In this document: in pieces, positions 16,640 through 26,003 of the stretch
How positions within the stretch are numbered: position 1 is the stretch's first letter
Layout of the letters: each line of letters opens with the position of its first letter
From: a virus
Lineage: Duplodnaviria > Caudoviricetes
Direction: 5' to 3' (one strand)
Virus record (IMG/VR): IMGVR_UViG_3300036834_000217
Coordinates: 1-57,405 of that record
Length of the DNA: 57,405 bases
Notes under the pieces: model-generated
Database searches by the model: none
What the model was told of the DNA's origin: nothing
Seen by the model: only the letters and a program-made list of their open reading frames with translations
Position numbers and translations under genes: made by a program

Positions 16640-18766
16640 GTGGCCCCGTCCCACGCCGTGCTGGTCGGTCACGTGCTCTCGCGCCTCGGGGAGCTGCCCG
16701 ACGAGAGCGTGCACTGCGTGGTGACCTCGCCGCCGTACTACGGCCTCAGATCATACGGGACGGAGCCGCAGGTGTGGGGCGGTGATCCGAAACACGATCA
16801 TGTCTTTGGCGAAGAGCAAATCCGCGGCGGATCGGCGCAGAAACAAGGTGCCTCATCGCAGCGGGCCGGCCGCGCAAATGTCGAGGAGCAATCCGGCCAA
16901 TCAAATTCGCAAGGAGCATTCTGCCACTGTGGCGCATGGCGCGGCGACCTGGGGCTCGAGCCGACGCCGGAGCTGTTCATTGCGCACATGGTTGATGTGT
17001 TCCGCGAGGTGCGGCGGGTGCTCCGCAAGGACGGCACGCTGTGGCTCAATATCGGGGATAGCTATGCTGGTGCCAAAGGATTCCGACCGGAACACGCGAA
17101 TACATCGACACTCAGCGGCGGCAAAAATCACATAGGCCTGGGCCGTGGCGCTCCGATACCCGCCGACTGCAAAGCAAAGGATCTCCTAATGATCCCCGCC
17201 CAACTAGCGCTCGCGCTGCGGGCCGGATTTTCTCGTTGCTCAGATTGCAATCGAGAGCTTCGATCGGACTTGTGGCCGGTTTGGAACGGGCACCGCTTTT
17301 GCCCAGATTGCCCGCGCAGCAAGATTATTCCGACAGAGCCTGGCTGGTGGCTGCGGTCTGAGATTGTGTGGGCGAAAAAGGCGCCGATGCCGGAGTCGTG
17401 CACCGACCGGCCGACCTGCGCGCACGAGAAGGTGTTCCTGCTGACGAAATCAGCCCGGTATTTCTACGATGCCGAGGCGGTGAAGGAAGAGGGTGAAGGC
17501 TACGGTCGATCAAACTGGCCGGCAATGCAATTCAAGGGCGGCGACATTACTCGCGGTCACGGCACAAAAGGTATTTCAAAGGGCACGAGCACTCATACTT
17601 ACGAGGGCGGGCGCAACATGCGCAACGTCTGGCATCTCGGCCCCGAGCCCTTCAGCGGCGCTCATCTAATGCGTGACGTAGGCGGTGGCAGTGGTCGCAT
17701 AAGGTCACCAGATTGTCCACTGCATGGGGATCGACCGACTCTGGCGTCCAAGGCTGATCGTGGTGCACGACAAGGCGTTTCTCGGTCTGCCCGCAATCAC
17801 AACAGCGATGCCCGTCCCGCTCTAGGGCTATTCGCCGAGCCCGCTCCCATTGAGCTGACCCGCGGCGAGCGCTCTGAGGACGATAATTTGGGTTCGCCAT
17901 ACCCTGCATATAGCGGCTCTGCCAAGCCGCATAGCACTCAAATCCGCAGAACGGACCCCGATGCCGAGATTTCGCCGCATGTGATAGCCGACGCATTATC
18001 GGCTTCCCACACTGGCGACAGTGCACTTCCACTCGATTCAGTCGCCACATCCGTCCGCATTCCCGAGAACAGTAGCGCGGCTGATATCCGGGACGAGTCT
18101 TCGGTTCAAACGAACGGCCACAGTGCTGACAAGTGTTCATGCAAGCAATCTAGCACACTTACAGACCACTTCGCGACGTTCGTGAGCGAGATCCCGCGCC
18201 GCGCCATCCTCGCCGGCACCAGCGCTGAGGGCGTCTGCCCGAAGTGCGGGGCGCCTTGGGTGAGGGTGGTTGAGAAGTCTGTGGTGTGGCCGGAAAAGCG
18301 TGGCGGTGTCGGTAACAATGCAGACCGCGGTGATGGCGGGCTCGCGTGCAATGCTGATCGGTCATCCCAGACCATCGGCTGGCGCCCATCCTGCTCCTGT
18401 GATACACTCGAAATTGGCTGCAGCGGCGTGGAATGCTACGGAGACACGCTATCAGGCGATGCGAGGGGTAGCGACCTCGGGAAGATAGCTTGTCGTGGGC
18501 CTGGGTCGGCAAAAGCCGACCTAAGCGAACGACTGTGCGATGGGGCGGCCAAACAGTCCCGCGTCGGGGTAACGTCCGACCTGCAGCCAATACCAGCCAC
18601 CGTCCTAGACCCATTCCTCGGCGCGGGAACGACCATGATGGTGGCCGACCGCCTGGGTCGGAACTGCGTCGGCGTCGAGCTTATCACGGAGTACGCCGCC
18701 ATGGGTGGTAGGCGCCTGGAGCGCGACGTCGGGCCCCTGGTCCGCGGGAGCGTGGAGGTGAGGTGA
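16640..18766 (+). CDS. DNA methyltransferase (N4-C/N6-A, beta class) with in-frame insertions
   Basis: Catalytic 'VVTSPPYY', 'GTLWLNIGDSY', 'WLRSEIVW.K..PMPES..DRPT..HE', 'HFATF', SAM-binding 'VLDPFLGAGTT'. Confidence 0.9.
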   Translation: MAPSHAVLVGHVLSRLGELPDESVHCVVTSPPYYGLRSYGTEPQVWGGDPKHDHVFGEEQIRGGSAQKQGASSQRAGRANVEEQSGQSNSQGAFCHCGAWRGDLGLEPTPELFIAHMVDVFREVRRVLRKDGTLWLNIGDSYAGAKGFRPEHANTSTLSGGKNHIGLGRGAPIPADCKAKDLLMIPAQLALALRAGFSRCSDCNRELRSDLWPVWNGHRFCPDCPRSKIIPTEPGWWLRSEIVWAKKAPMPESCTDRPTCAHEKVFLLTKSARYFYDAEAVKEEGEGYGRSNWPAMQFKGGDITRGHGTKGISKGTSTHTYEGGRNMRNVWHLGPEPFSGAHLMRDVGGGSGRIRSPDCPLHGDRPTLASKADRGARQGVSRSARNHNSDARPALGLFAEPAPIELTRGERSEDDNLGSPYPAYSGSAKPHSTQIRRTDPDAEISPHVIADALSASHTGDSALPLDSVATSVRIPENSSAADIRDESSVQTNGHSADKCSCKQSSTLTDHFATFVSEIPRRAILAGTSAEGVCPKCGAPWVRVVEKSVVWPEKRGGVGNNADRGDGGLACNADRSSQTIGWRPSCSCDTLEIGCSGVECYGDTLSGDARGSDLGKIACRGPGSAKADLSERLCDGAAKQSRVGVTSDLQPIPATVLDPFLGAGTTMMVADRLGRNCVGVELITEYAAMGGRRLERDVGPLVRGSVEVR
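17652..18140 (-). CDS. HNH endonuclease with N-terminal Zn-finger repeats, nested antisense inside the MTase
   Basis: CxxC...YCSxxC repeats; 'W...R...LERDGHRCCDCG...LVVHH......DNLVTLCDHCHRLRH'. Confidence 0.85.
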   Translation of the reverse strand: MNTCQHCGRSFEPKTRPGYQPRYCSRECGRMWRLNRVEVHCRQCGKPIMRRLSHAAKSRHRGPFCGFECYAAWQSRYMQGMANPNYRPQSARRGSAQWERARRIALERDGHRCCDCGQTEKRLVVHHDQPWTPESVDPHAVDNLVTLCDHCHRLRHALDERR

Positions 18767-20340
18767 ACGTCGAGAGGAGGATCATCACCGGGCTAATTGT
18801 CTCCGCCGACTACCTCCGGCGCGTCGCCCCGTTCTGGGATGACGACCTGCTGGAGGGCCCGGAGTTCCGCCGCATAGCGGGGTGGTGCCTGGAGCACTTC
18901 GCCGAGTACCACCGCGCCCCCGACCGGGACATCGAGCAGGTCTACCTCGACGCGATCAGGGCGGAGTCCGTCCCGAGGGCTGAGGCAGAGCTGATCGAGG
19001 ACGTGCTCACCGCCGTCTCGGACGAGTACGATCGCGGCGACGAGTTCAACTCCGCGTACCTGTTCGACCAGACGGTCAGGCACTTCCGCGACCGCGAGCT
19101 GGTGCTCCACACCGAGGCGGTCGCCGACCTGCGCGAGCGCGGGCAGCTGGCCGAGGCCGAGGCCCTCGCCGCGTCGTTCCGCCCGCGGAGCTGGGCCACG
19201 AGCCGAGGTCTCGACGTCGGGACCGAGCCCGGCTACGCCCGGGTCCGCGCCGCGTTCGCCCAGGCGGCGAGACCGCTGGTGCGCTATCCCGGCGCGCTCG
19301 GGGAGATGCTGAGCCCCCACCTGGTGCGGGACGGCTTCGTAGCGCTCATGGGGCCCGAGAAGCGGGGCAAGACGTTCTGGCTTACCGACATCGCGTTCCG
19401 CGCGCTGAGGCAGAAGTGCAACGTGGCCTTCTTCCAGGCCGGAGACATGACCGAGAACCAATACCTGCGCAGGATGTCGATCCACCTGGCCAGGAGGTCG
19501 GACGACCCGCGCTACTGCGCTCCCCACTGGCGCCCAGTCGGGGACTGCGCGCTCAATCAGTTTAACCGCTGCGGCCGCCCGGACCGTAACTGTGACCACG
19601 GGGTCTTCGGCGAGTTTGAGGCGTTCAGGGACGACCCGAACAGCTTCCAGGACCTCGCGAGGCTGTCCGCCGCGGCGGAGGCTGACCCGTCCTATCGGCC
19701 GTGCGACAGCTCCGCGTGTGATCAGCGCTGGCCGGTCTCCTGGCTGGAATACGTCTCGGGGAGGGCGCCCCTCGACGCCGCCGCGGCGGAGCGCGTTGTC
19801 AGGGCGTTCTTCGAGAGGCACAGGAGACGATTCCGCCTGGTGACGTACCCGTCCGGTACGCTGACGTGCGTCGAGATGACGTCGTGCATGGATGAGTGGG
19901 AGCGGCAGGACGACTTCGTCGCCGACGTCATCATCGTCGACTACGCCGACATCATGGCCGCGAGCGAGCGCGAGTTCCGGCACAGGCAGAACGAGGTGTG
20001 GATGGGCCTGCGCGGCATCAGCCAGGAGCGCCACGCCCTCGTGGTGACTGGCACCCAGGCGGACGCCGACAGCTACCGGTCGGAGCTGCTGGGGATGGGA
20101 AACTTCGCCGAGGACAAGAGGAAGTTTTCCCACGTCACTGCCATGTTCGGGCTCAACCAGGACCCGAGGGGGCGCGAGAAGGAGCTGGGCATCATGCGTC
20201 TCAACACCATCGTCGCCCGCGAGGGCAGCTACTCCCCGAGGGACGTGACCCACGTGCTTCAGCACCTCGCCGCCGGCCGCCCGTTCACGGAGAGTTACCG
20301 CGTCGGCTACCGCCCGGCCGCTCGCGAGGGACCGACGTGA
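18763..20340 (+). CDS. dnaB: Replicative DNA helicase (DnaB-like)
   Basis: Walker A GPEKRGKT, Walker B IIVDYAD, 'TGTQA', 'AEDKRK'. Confidence 0.85.
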   Translation: MNVERRIITGLIVSADYLRRVAPFWDDDLLEGPEFRRIAGWCLEHFAEYHRAPDRDIEQVYLDAIRAESVPRAEAELIEDVLTAVSDEYDRGDEFNSAYLFDQTVRHFRDRELVLHTEAVADLRERGQLAEAEALAASFRPRSWATSRGLDVGTEPGYARVRAAFAQAARPLVRYPGALGEMLSPHLVRDGFVALMGPEKRGKTFWLTDIAFRALRQKCNVAFFQAGDMTENQYLRRMSIHLARRSDDPRYCAPHWRPVGDCALNQFNRCGRPDRNCDHGVFGEFEAFRDDPNSFQDLARLSAAAEADPSYRPCDSSACDQRWPVSWLEYVSGRAPLDAAAAERVVRAFFERHRRRFRLVTYPSGTLTCVEMTSCMDEWERQDDFVADVIIVDYADIMAASEREFRHRQNEVWMGLRGISQERHALVVTGTQADADSYRSELLGMGNFAEDKRKFSHVTAMFGLNQDPRGREKELGIMRLNTIVAREGSYSPRDVTHVLQHLAAGRPFTESYRVGYRPAAREGPT

Positions 20341-20452
20341 CTCAGAAACCTGGGGATAGAATCTCCAGGAATTCATTTTCTCACTTGCGATCCTCGGCGT
20401 GGTATAATATGTGTGGAGTGATACGGTGAGTTGAATATATTTGGAGGACGAC

Positions 20453-21325
20453 ATGGGAACCGTCACTGCGGCCGTCACGCGGGCATCGCTCGTCGACGCG
20501 GCGGCCGACCTGAATAGGGTGCTCGACCTAGATCCGCCGATCGACGTCAAGCAGGGGGTTAGTAAGCTCCGTGAGAAGGTGGTCGAGGCGAGGGAGTTGG
20601 TTCGCGAGACCGACCCCATCGCGCAGGTTACCCGCGAGGTACTGTCCGCGCTGAACGGTGCGGACGAGGGCCCCGCCGCGAAGAACATCGCCGCGCCCGA
20701 GAAGAAGGACAAGACCCCTAATAAGACGCCGGCGGCGAAGTCGACGAAGCCGGTGGCCCTGGGCAAGTTCGAGCCGGTGCGGCGCGGCGAGTCCGCGTTC
20801 GCGAAGGTCCTGGAGCCGTACCTGGCGGGCGGTGCCGCGACCATAGCCGGGGCGGCCTCGTACGTCGGTGGCGACAAGAGCAAGGCGATCTCTGCCCTGC
20901 GCCGGGCGCGGATCGTCCACGGCATCGACCACTCGATCGCCGAGGACGGCTCGCTGACGATCGTCCTCCCCAAGGGCGTGGACGCAGAGAGCGTCTGGGC
21001 GAAGCCGCGGGAGAAGACCACCAAGGTCGCGAAGGTCCCGACTGCTCCGAAGGCGCAGCCCAAGCCCGGCGACTTCAAGCCGGTGCGACACGGCTCCCGA
21101 ATGCACAAGTTCCTCGTCCAGGCGTCGGATGGTAAGACCCTGGGCGAGATAGCGAAGGCGTCGGATCGCGTCGACTTCACCGAGAAGGACGTCAAGTGGT
21201 GGCTCGTCCAGTACCTCCGCCGTCACCACGGCATCGCGGCGGTCGTGAACGAGGACAAGACGGTCACGCTCACGCCCCCGGCGGGCAAGAATCTGGCCGA
21301 TTGCGTCTCGGCGCCGGCGGGATAG
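20453..21325 (+). CDS. Lys/Ala-rich protein with two tandem related domains (putative DNA-binding)
   Basis: Extended -10 TGGTATAAT at 20400, GGAGG RBS; repeats G(K/D)F.PVR.G...HGI...(D/K).(S/T)(L/V)T. Confidence 0.6.
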   Translation: MGTVTAAVTRASLVDAAADLNRVLDLDPPIDVKQGVSKLREKVVEARELVRETDPIAQVTREVLSALNGADEGPAAKNIAAPEKKDKTPNKTPAAKSTKPVALGKFEPVRRGESAFAKVLEPYLAGGAATIAGAASYVGGDKSKAISALRRARIVHGIDHSIAEDGSLTIVLPKGVDAESVWAKPREKTTKVAKVPTAPKAQPKPGDFKPVRHGSRMHKFLVQASDGKTLGEIAKASDRVDFTEKDVKWWLVQYLRRHHGIAAVVNEDKTVTLTPPAGKNLADCVSAPAG

Positions 21326-21405
21326 ACCTAGCGTGGGAGCGGGCGATCCGCTAGAATAGGTCGCTCGCTCCCCGGTAGGGTGCGAAGGGATTTTGAGAGG
21401 GACGC

Positions 21406-22485
21406 ATGGACGGTCTGCTACTGCCCTCGACGAGAACGATCGGGACGGTGAAGGCTACGACCGAGTGGCCTCGGATCCCCAGGACCAAGAGGATCAAGCC
21501 GCTGGGCAGTACGTCGCCCCACGTCTGGGTAGTCGAGCCGTCCTTCGGGTGCAACCTGGCCTGCGGCCACTGCTGCGCCAAGCTGATCGATGACGCCGAC
21601 AAGGTGCTGATGGGGGAGGCCGTGTGGAGGTCAACGTTCGCGACGCTGAACGAGGTGTCCCCCACCGTGCGCGTGGACGTCTGCGGGGTCGTCGGGGAGC
21701 CCACCCTCAACCCCCACCTGACCGACTGGCTCAGCGTCGCCAGGGAGTTGGCACCACTCGCCCAGATCCAGATTACAACGAACGGGACGCGCCTCCTGGC
21801 CAAGCAGGTCACGTACCGGGGCCTGCTCGACGCCGGGGCCAACATCGTGTACACGGACCAGTACGGCCCACCGGGACGGTTCGAGCGGCTGGCCGAGGCG
21901 AGCGGGTACCCGTTCTACCACTACTACACCCCGCCACCCGGCGCCCCCACGCCGTGGATGTACTACGGCCCGGCCGCCAAGTTCATCGTCCTGATGAACC
22001 AGCCCGAGGACTGGCCCAAGTCGCGCCGCCGCGCCGGCCTGCTCGGGAACTGGTACGGAAACCTGGACTGGGAGGCTGGGAGGGAGTTCGGCATGAGGCC
22101 CCTCGCCGAGCCCCTGACCAGGCGCTGCAACCAGCCGTTTCTGTACGTGAACGTCTCGGCGTCGGGGGAATACCTCCTGTGTTGCCAGGACGGGATGCAC
22201 AAGTCGGCGGGGAAGTTCGGCACGATCCTCGATGGGGTCGACGGATTCAGGCGGTTCTGGTACGGACGCGAGATGCAGCTGGTCAGGCGCCGCCTGAGAC
22301 TGAAGAACCGCGCCGACACGGACTACGCCTGCGCCAAGTGCAACATCACGTTCTCGCGGTGCGACTTCAAGCACTGGACCGACGACGAGGTGGGGCGCTG
22401 GTGGGACGGCGTCGCCGAGCAGCCGCTGGGTGACGAGCCTGGAGTGGACAGGTTCTCCCGGAGGGACCCCTCGCCCCTGTTCTAG
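21406..22485 (+). CDS. Radical SAM enzyme with SPASM/twitch-like C-terminus
   Basis: CNLACGHC (CxxxCxxC), GEPTLNP, ITTNG, C-terminal C.QPF...G..LLCCQD...CAKC. Confidence 0.85.
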   Translation: MDGLLLPSTRTIGTVKATTEWPRIPRTKRIKPLGSTSPHVWVVEPSFGCNLACGHCCAKLIDDADKVLMGEAVWRSTFATLNEVSPTVRVDVCGVVGEPTLNPHLTDWLSVARELAPLAQIQITTNGTRLLAKQVTYRGLLDAGANIVYTDQYGPPGRFERLAEASGYPFYHYYTPPPGAPTPWMYYGPAAKFIVLMNQPEDWPKSRRRAGLLGNWYGNLDWEAGREFGMRPLAEPLTRRCNQPFLYVNVSASGEYLLCCQDGMHKSAGKFGTILDGVDGFRRFWYGREMQLVRRRLRLKNRADTDYACAKCNITFSRCDFKHWTDDEVGRWWDGVAEQPLGDEPGVDRFSRRDPSPLF

Positions 22486-22506
22486 GTCGCCCGCGTATCT
22501 TATCGC

Positions 22507-23865
22507 ATGGCGCACGACGACCACACGCTGCCACTAAGGAGGGAGAACGCCGAGGATCGCCTCTTCGACGTCTCCGTCGTCGCCCGCCGCTGGCAGGACG
22601 TCTGGACCAGCATGCCCGCGTTCGAGATGGGTGCCGCCGACTCCCTCCTCCATACTATTATTCACTTCCGCTCCTACGCGGACGTGGAGCGGTTCAAGTC
22701 AATCTTGGGCGACGCCGTCTGGTGGATACCCGGGGGCCAGGGCTCCGGCTGGTTCGGGGGCAGGGACGCGGACTGGGTCGCCCCGATGGACATGTTGTGG
22801 AGAACTGAGGACCGATCCAGGCTCCCGCGGTACCCAGTGTACGTACCCTCCGTGGGGCGCTGGGAGACGCCGCTGACCGCCAGCGCCCTGGAGGCCCTGG
22901 GCGTCCCCCATCGCGTTGTGGTGGAGCCCGCGCAGCGCGACGCCTATGCCCGCGCGCTCGGGGAGGATCGGCTGCTCGTCCTGCCCGAGGACTTCAGCGC
23001 GCGCAACACCGGGTCGATCCCGGCGCGCAACTGGATATGGGAGCACTCCCTGGCCGAGGGCCACGCCCGCCACTGGGTCATCGACGACAACGTCCGCGGG
23101 TTCCTCCGTGTCCACCGCAACAGGCGGGTGCCGGTCGACGGCCCGTCGATCTTCGTCGCGGCGGAGGACTTCACCGACCGGTTCGAGAACGTCGCGTTCA
23201 GTGGCTTCAACTACATGTACCTGGTGAAGGAGCGCGACGCTACGTTCCCGCCGTTCTACCTGAACACGAGGGTATACTCGATGATCCTCGTGAACAACTC
23301 TCTGCCCTACCGCTGGAGGGGGAGATACAACGAGGATACTGATATCTGCATTCGCGCCCTGAAGGACGGGTGGTGCACCATCCTGATCAACGCCTTCCTG
23401 GGCGACAAGGCTCCCACGCTGACCATGGCCGGCGGCAACACCGACACGGTGTACGCGACCGGGGACAAGCGCCGCGCCTTCGCCGACAGCCTGGTCGAGC
23501 AGCACCCGGACGTCGCGCGGCGCGTGCGGCGCTACGGGCGATGGCACCACGAGGTGGACTACTCCGTCTACAGCCACAACAAGTTGCGTCCGAGGGCCGA
23601 CGCGCCCCTGCCGGACGACCCCGAGTACGGGATGAGGCTAGTCCGCGACCGGCGGACATCCCGCTATCCCAGTCCCCACAGGGAGCGACAGAATGGAAGT
23701 GCAGAGGGAAGAGCTGCTCCGGACGATCAGGCGAGTGATCCCGGCGATGGCCAAGAAGGAGATATTCGACCAGGCCAATCGGATCGCGTTCGTCGGGGGG
23801 AAGGTGGTGGCGTTCGACGACGCCGTGGCAATCTTTCATCCCCAGCCTGGCGGCCTAGAATTTGA
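22507..23865 (+). CDS. GT-A glycosyltransferase of TET-associated/GREB1-like type, fused to a small N-terminal domain
   Basis: 'RYPVYVPS.GR', 'ARNWIWEHS...G..RHWVIDDN', 'NTRVYS.IL', 'WRGRYNEDTD', 'GGNT', 'RWHH.VDY'. Confidence 0.75.
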   Translation: MAHDDHTLPLRRENAEDRLFDVSVVARRWQDVWTSMPAFEMGAADSLLHTIIHFRSYADVERFKSILGDAVWWIPGGQGSGWFGGRDADWVAPMDMLWRTEDRSRLPRYPVYVPSVGRWETPLTASALEALGVPHRVVVEPAQRDAYARALGEDRLLVLPEDFSARNTGSIPARNWIWEHSLAEGHARHWVIDDNVRGFLRVHRNRRVPVDGPSIFVAAEDFTDRFENVAFSGFNYMYLVKERDATFPPFYLNTRVYSMILVNNSLPYRWRGRYNEDTDICIRALKDGWCTILINAFLGDKAPTLTMAGGNTDTVYATGDKRRAFADSLVEQHPDVARRVRRYGRWHHEVDYSVYSHNKLRPRADAPLPDDPEYGMRLVRDRRTSRYPSPHRERQNGSAEGRAAPDDQASDPGDGQEGDIRPGQSDRVRRGEGGGVRRRRGNLSSPAWRPRI

Positions 23866-24727
23866 GGGGTCCGTCGACGGCGCCCGTCTCGTCGAGCTGC
23901 TGAGTAGGATCAAGACGGAGACCATCAAGGTCACCGTGGAGGACACCAGGCTGCGGATCAAGGCGGGGCGCAGCGACGTCAAGTTCGACGTCCTGCCGGT
24001 CCAGCTCCCGATCGACTCGGTCGACATGACCGGGGACGCCGTGGACCTGGTGGTTACCGACAAGGGGGGCGTCCCGTTCGTCGACCAGCTCCGGTGGGTC
24101 AGCCCGAGCTGCGCCAGGGACACGAGTCGCCCAGCCCTGACCTGCGTGATGATCGAGGGCGGCATCATGCAGGCCACGGATAGCTTCCGTGCCAGCCGCG
24201 TCCAGTGCGCGGACGAAGCGCTGCCGAGGCTGATGCTGCCGCTGTCCCAGGTCCAGGTCCTGGTCAAGGACGACTACAAGATCCGCCGTGTGGCTCTGTC
24301 CGAGGGCGGGGAATGGGCCCGGTTCGAGTGTGAGGATGATGTTACGCTGTGCTGCAGGTCGATGTCCGGTAAGTTCCCATCGATAGACGAGGTATTCGTC
24401 GTCCAGGGCAAGGAGATTAAGCTCACGGGAACCATCGACGACGCCATGGACAGGGCCCACGTGTTTTCTAAGCGCGAGAATGCGGCCGATGAGGAGGTCA
24501 AGCTGACCATGCGAAGGAACCAGGTCGTGGTGTCGGCGCACTGCGACGGTGGATCGTTCGAGGAGATCGTCCAATGCGAGGGGGCCGTCGAGGGTATCGA
24601 GTTCACAATTCATCCGAAGCTCCTGGCGGCTGCCCTGAGGTCTAATACCAGCTGCGTGGTCGGTACTAACAGGGTGTTATTCAGCGGGAAGGACTGGCAG
24701 CACATCGTGGCGCTGAAGGGGGGCTGA
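23693..24727 (+). CDS. DNA polymerase sliding clamp (beta-subunit-like)
   Basis: 344 aa; 'SRPALTCV', 'ATDSFR', 'GKFP' as in DnaN; replication context. Confidence 0.75.
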   Translation: MEVQREELLRTIRRVIPAMAKKEIFDQANRIAFVGGKVVAFDDAVAIFHPQPGGLEFEGSVDGARLVELLSRIKTETIKVTVEDTRLRIKAGRSDVKFDVLPVQLPIDSVDMTGDAVDLVVTDKGGVPFVDQLRWVSPSCARDTSRPALTCVMIEGGIMQATDSFRASRVQCADEALPRLMLPLSQVQVLVKDDYKIRRVALSEGGEWARFECEDDVTLCCRSMSGKFPSIDEVFVVQGKEIKLTGTIDDAMDRAHVFSKRENAADEEVKLTMRRNQVVVSAHCDGGSFEEIVQCEGAVEGIEFTIHPKLLAAALRSNTSCVVGTNRVLFSGKDWQHIVALKGG

Positions 24728-24734
24728 GTGGCTA

Positions 24735-25970
24735 ATGGGCGTCCGCCCACTATTTGATCTCCGGGCCGAGACGGACCCGGTGGAGCGGGGGCGCACGCTG
24801 TCGTGCGTCTCCTGCGGGCTCTACAGGGGAGCCCTGTCCCCCAGGATGCAGCCCCACGGTGAGCACCGGCGGCGCATCATGCTGGTGGGCGAGGGACCCG
24901 GGGAGGTGGAGGACGAGAGGGGGAGGCCGTGGCAGGGCAAGACGGGCAAGTTGCTCCAGGGCGCGCTGCGCGAGCTGGGAGTGGACATGGACGAGGACTG
25001 CGTGAGCCTCAACGCCGTGAACTGCCGCCCTCCAGAGAACCGCGACCCCACCGGGCACGAGGTGGCCTGCTGCCGGGCGAGGATGGTCAACCCGGCCGTC
25101 GAGAGGTACGCTCCCAGAGTGATTCTCCTGATGGGGAAGTCCGCCGTCACCAGTGTGCTGGGGCCACTGTGCGCCGGAGCGCTGGGGGCCTCGGTCGGCA
25201 AGTGGAGGGGTCTCACCATACCGGTGCCAGAGTGGGGAGCCTGGGCGTGCCCCACGTACCACCCGAGCTACGTGGCGCGCGAGGAGAGGCGCCCCGAGAT
25301 CGACACGGTCTGGCGCCGCGACGTGCGCCGCGCGCTCGGCCTGCTGGTCGCGGACGTCCCGGCCCCCGAGGACCTGAGGAGCCGGGTCACGATCCTCCGC
25401 GAGGAGGTCGACGTCCTCCAGGAGATCTATCGGGCCCACGAGTTCTCCCTGCTGTCGTACGACTACGAGACGACCGGTCTGCGCGCATCCCTTCACGAGC
25501 TGGTCTGCGCGTCGTTCTGCGTCTCGCCCGACCGGGCCTACGCGTTCATGATGCCCGAGTCCGGTCCGGTGCGCGGCGCCTGGAAGGCTCTGATGGAGCG
25601 CGCCGACGTGGGAAAGATCTCCCACCACATGAAGTTCGAGGACGGGTGGACGCGGGAGCACTTCGGGGTCGAGGACATCAACTGGGCCTGGGACAGCATG
25701 CTCGGCGCCCACGTCGTCGATAACCGGGCGGGGATCTGCGGCTTGAAGCTCCAGGCGTTCCTGAACTTTGGGATCCAGGCGTGGGACGACGCGATAGAGT
25801 CGTATCTCAAGTCGAGGGACGATAACCCAGCGACACATAATCGGATCCGCGAGTTCATCGATACGTACGGGGAGGACGAGTGCCTGGTGTACTGCGGGCT
25901 GGATTCTCTCGTATCGTTCCGCCTAGCAATGAGGCAGAGGGAGATCATCGGTGTCGAAGCTGAGGCTTGA
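24735..25970 (+). CDS. Family-4 uracil-DNA-glycosylase-like domain + 3'-5' exonuclease (N-terminal half of an SPO1-type PolA)
   Basis: CxxC, 'VGEGPG..ED..GRP..G.TG', 'CRPPENR.P', 'TYHPSY'; then 'YDYETTGL', 'H.KFE', 'DSML', 'YCGLD'. Confidence 0.85.
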   Translation: MGVRPLFDLRAETDPVERGRTLSCVSCGLYRGALSPRMQPHGEHRRRIMLVGEGPGEVEDERGRPWQGKTGKLLQGALRELGVDMDEDCVSLNAVNCRPPENRDPTGHEVACCRARMVNPAVERYAPRVILLMGKSAVTSVLGPLCAGALGASVGKWRGLTIPVPEWGAWACPTYHPSYVAREERRPEIDTVWRRDVRRALGLLVADVPAPEDLRSRVTILREEVDVLQEIYRAHEFSLLSYDYETTGLRASLHELVCASFCVSPDRAYAFMMPESGPVRGAWKALMERADVGKISHHMKFEDGWTREHFGVEDINWAWDSMLGAHVVDNRAGICGLKLQAFLNFGIQAWDDAIESYLKSRDDNPATHNRIREFIDTYGEDECLVYCGLDSLVSFRLAMRQREIIGVEAEA

Positions 25971-26003
25971 GGTCGAGTTCGAGTACGATGCCGAGGAGAT
26001 GTC

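Noticed and set aside
17632-17640. Self-target of an array 1 spacer (GCATCTCGG) beside the HNH insertion; similar single 9-mer hits at ~44046, ~44903 and ~48418
   Set aside because: Only one half matches and the adjacent partner half does not; single 9-mers are expected by chance in 57 kb. I saw no full tandem self-target, but an exhaustive search was not possible by eye.
17666-18169. Intein or group I intron in the methyltransferase
   Set aside because: No intein terminal residues, and almost the whole insert is the antisense HNH ORF, leaving no room for a ribozyme core.
18793-21195. 800-aa minus-strand ORF and other long overlapping ORFs (e.g. 1420-2520, 24750-25838, 29816-30907, 45977-47689)
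   Set aside because: Shadow frames of GC-rich genes with clear motifs on another frame or strand; no recognisable domains.
23693-23865. 173-nt overlap of the glycosyltransferase with the clamp gene as a functional dual-coding region
   Set aside because: The GT tail is low-complexity and lies beyond the last conserved motif; most likely a simple stop-codon shift.
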